From positions 176,972,057-177,036,056 of the forward strand of contig NC_092374.1 of assembly GCF_030028105.1 (NCBI RefSeq): a DNA stretch of 64,000 bases, in the 5' to 3' direction. Shown here piece by piece: positions 61,080 to 64,000 of the stretch (position 1 is its first letter; each line of letters begins with the position of its first letter). The notes under the pieces are model-generated. The model worked only from the letters and a program-made list of their open reading frames with translations. It ran no database searches and was not told the origin of the DNA. Source of the DNA: Mobula birostris (taxonomy: Eukaryota). The position numbers and the translations under genes were made by a program.

Positions 61080-61790
61080 AATGTATCCAGTGAGAGTACT
61101 GCTGCTACTCGAGTCGCCCCTAGGCACCATGGAAGTATATGCAAGTGTTGGTAAAAGCGAAGTGCCCGAGGAATATGTGGGAGAGGATGGCCCAGGGGGT
61201 GTGGGATTGTACATGGGCACGTACCGTGAATGCCAGCAACGAATAAAGATACCGCCTTTTTAAAGGGAAAGTGTGGCAGCGTTTGGAGGGAGGTGAGAGT
61301 AACTTGCGAACGATAATGGCAGTGATTCAAAAAGCTGAAGAGAGAGCCATGGATTATGCAGAACACAAATATTGAGTGTGTGAGGAGTATTCTGGTTTGG
61401 ATAATCTAGGCAGGGTCGACTAAGCCTTTCTGAAAATGTTGAAGGATGGCCTGAGCTGAGCCCACCAGAAAGTTTTAGATTTAGCGATAACGGCGGGGTC
61501 GACCGACTCTGCGATAGTTTCGTGGGCCAGTGAGGCAGACCAAAGAGAGTGCAAGAGAAATCCTGTAAAGTGGCTAGAGTGGATGCCGCTGCTGTGATGT
61601 CACAGAACCCCTCGTTTTGTTTGCGGCAACCAGGGCACGAAGCAAGGAAATGCTGGAATAGACGTAGGAGGGTAAAGGAGTTGAAATGCTACAGCTGCGG
61701 CCTTTTATGACATGCTTGGAGGCAGTGTCCAAAAAGGAGGAAGGAAAAACAGGTGAAGGTCACAGCTTCCACGCAATCTCTCACCTCTTG
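61080..61790 (+). pseudogene. Degenerate LTR-retrotransposon gag with two CCHC zinc knuckles
   Basis: (C)FVCGNQGHEARKC at ~61610-61660 and CYSCGLL*HAWRQCP at ~61687-61735. Confidence 0.6.
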
Positions 61791-61989
61791 GGTGACCGGT
61801 CCGACCAATCCATAAAATAATCTCAGCATCAAAACTGATGCAATTCCCAAATCCAGCCACACTATTTTACATTATAGTTACCTTGAGTGTTTCGACAGTT
61901 TGATTCAGATCCTGTCGTTAGTTTATTTCCAGAATTCTTACCTCAAGAGTTGATATGTCGTTGAAAATTTCTGCCACTATTTTGTCCAG

Positions 61990-64000
61990 TCTCTTCAATA
62001 TCAGTGGCACTGAGTCTGACTCTGTGGTGCAGAAGGATGGGACAGAGAAGAGAAGACCTGTTGTCATTCGAGACTCTATAGTCAGGGAAGCAGACAGGAG
62101 ATTTTGTGGACGTGAAAAGGCCACCTGCGTGGTTTGTTGCCTCCCGGGTGCCAGAGTCCGGGATGTTTCTGACCGGATGCACGACATCCTGGTACGAGAG
62201 GGAAAGCAACCTGAAGTCGTGATACACGTTGGTACCAACGACAATGGCAGGAAGAGGGATGAGGTCCTGAAGTGTGAGTTTCGGGAACTAGGCAGAAGAC
62301 TGAAGAACAGGACCTCAATTGTGGCATTCTCAGGACTGCTGCCAGTGCAACGTGACGGTGATGGTAAGAATTGGGTGAGATGGCAGTTAAGTACATGGCT
62401 GAGGAGTTGGTACAGGGAGCAGGATTTTAGATTTTTGGATCAGTGGGATCTCTTCTGGGGAAGGTGGGACCTGTACAGATTGGACGAGTTGAACCTGAAC
62501 TCGAGGGGCAGCGATATCCTTGCAGGTAAGTTTGCTAGCATGGTTCGGGACCCGGAGCGATAGAGCAGTGAAAGAAGTGCATGGAGTAAAGCCAGATGTA
62601 ACATATAGAGAGGCTTTGAGGAAAGAGAAGCAGAATAAAGGGTGTAAAGGTAGTATGGTAGAAGGGATAAGTGTGTGTAATCAATGCAAGAAGCATTAAG
62701 AACAAAGGTGATGAACTGACAGCTTGGATACATACGCGGAATTATGATGTAGTGCAGACTTGGCTGGAACCAGGGCAGGAATGGATTCTCAATATTCCTG
62801 GGTTTCAGTACTTCAAAAGAGATGGGGGGGGGGCGTGAAAGGGGAGTAGTGGTGACACTACTGGCCAGGGATACTATTACAGCTACAGAAAAAGTGAGTA
62901 ATGTAGCAGGATACTCCTTTGAGTCAGTATGAGTGGAAGTCAGGAACAGGAAGAAAGCAGTTACTCTATTGGGGGTAATTTATAGGCCCCCTGGTAGCAG
63001 CAGAGATACAGAGGAGCAGATTGGGAGGCAGATTTTGGAAAGGTGCAAAAATAACAGGGTTGTTATCATAGGTGACTTTAACTTCCCAAACATTGATTGG
63101 AACCTTATTACTTCCAAGTGTTTAAATGGGACAAAGTTTGTTCAGTGTGTCCAGGACGGATTCCTGTCACAGTATGTTGGCAGGCCGTCGAGGGGGAATG
63201 CCATACTAGTTCCAGTACTAGGTAACGAACCGGGGCAGGTCACAGATCTCTCAGTGGGTGAGCATCTGGGGGACAGTGACCACCGCTCTCTGGCCTTTAG
63301 CATTATCATGGGAAAGGATAGAATCGGAGAGGAGGAAATTTTTAATTGGGGAAGGGCAAATTATGAGGCTATAAGGCTAGAACTTGCGGGTGTGAATTGG
63401 GATAATGTTTTTGCAGGATAATGTACTAAGGACATGGGTCGATGTTTAGAGGTCTCTTGCAGGATGGTAGCGATGAATTAGTCGCGGTGAGGAAGATAAA
63501 GAATGGTAGGGTGAAGGAACCATGGGTGACAAGTGAGGTAGAAAGTCTAGTCACGTGGAAGAAGGCAGCATACATGAGGTTTGGAAGCAATCTTCAGATG
63601 GGTCTATCGAGGAATATAGGGAAGCAAGAAAGGAACTTAAGAAGGGGCTGAGAAGAGCAAGAAGTGGGCATGAGAAGGCCTTGGCGAGTAGGGTAAAGGA
63701 AAACCCCAAGGCATTCTTCAATTATGTGAAAAACAAAAGGATGACAGGAGTGAAGGTAGGACCGATTAGAGATAAAGGTGGGAAGATGTGCCTGGAGGCT
63801 GTGGAAGTGAGCGAGGTCCTCAATGAATACTTCTCTTCGGTATTTACTAATGAGATGACGGTGAGGACAACATGAGTGAGTTTGATGTTCTGGAGCATGT
63901 TGATATTAAGGAAGATGAGATGTTGCAGTTGTTAAAATACATTAGGATGGACACATCCCCGGGGCCTGAAGGAGTGTTCCCCAGGCTGCTCCACGAGGCG
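61990..64000 (+). mobile_element. CR1 LINE (SGNH-esterase ORF1 C-half + ORF2 APE), runs off the window
   Basis: ORF 61955..62563 (VIRDSIVR, HVGTND, LNSRG); 62933..63421 (GVIYRPP, GDFNFP); 63555..63875. Confidence 0.93.

Noticed and set aside
124-63875. Remaining short ORFs in the six-frame track as independent genes; CRISPR arrays, rRNA or tRNA genes
   Set aside because: They are LINE/Penelope/transposon fragments or antisense shadows of them. There is no repeat-spacer array or rRNA, and tRNA-like sequence occurs only as SINE heads.

Overview
Eukaryotic, repeat-dense 64-kb window. The repeat landscape (CR1 LINEs with an SGNH-esterase ORF1, Rex1/Babar-like LINEs, Penelope-like elements, tRNA SINEs, a Nimb/I-like LINE, hAT and mariner MITEs) suggests a cartilaginous fish, probably a ray; this is inference. 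Almost every ORF in the supplied track is a decayed transposon fragment or antisense noise. Hidden in the repeats are two spliced, convergently oriented paralogous MHC class I-like genes. Gene A (+) has exons alpha1 7253-7501, alpha2 9614-9874, alpha3 16563-16838 and a terminal coding exon 19141-19253. Gene B (-) has exons alpha1 45764-45516, alpha2 41451-41182, alpha3 40404-40129 and a terminal coding exon 37165-37053. All four coding exons are open and joined in phase 1 in both genes. Both genes share several unusual traits: short alpha1/alpha2 domains lacking most classical peptide-anchoring residues; an extra C-x6-C pair in alpha2; a non-canonical GC 5' splice site after alpha2; and a TAG stop immediately after a ~15-residue hydrophobic C-terminus, so there is no cytoplasmic tail (GPI-signal-like). 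A vestigial tail-like sequence and a further exon are left in the 3' UTR. Groove domains are ~50% identical between the paralogs versus ~84% for alpha3 (hand counts). No signal-peptide exon could be located. Exon boundaries were read base by base; most transposon boundaries are approximate.
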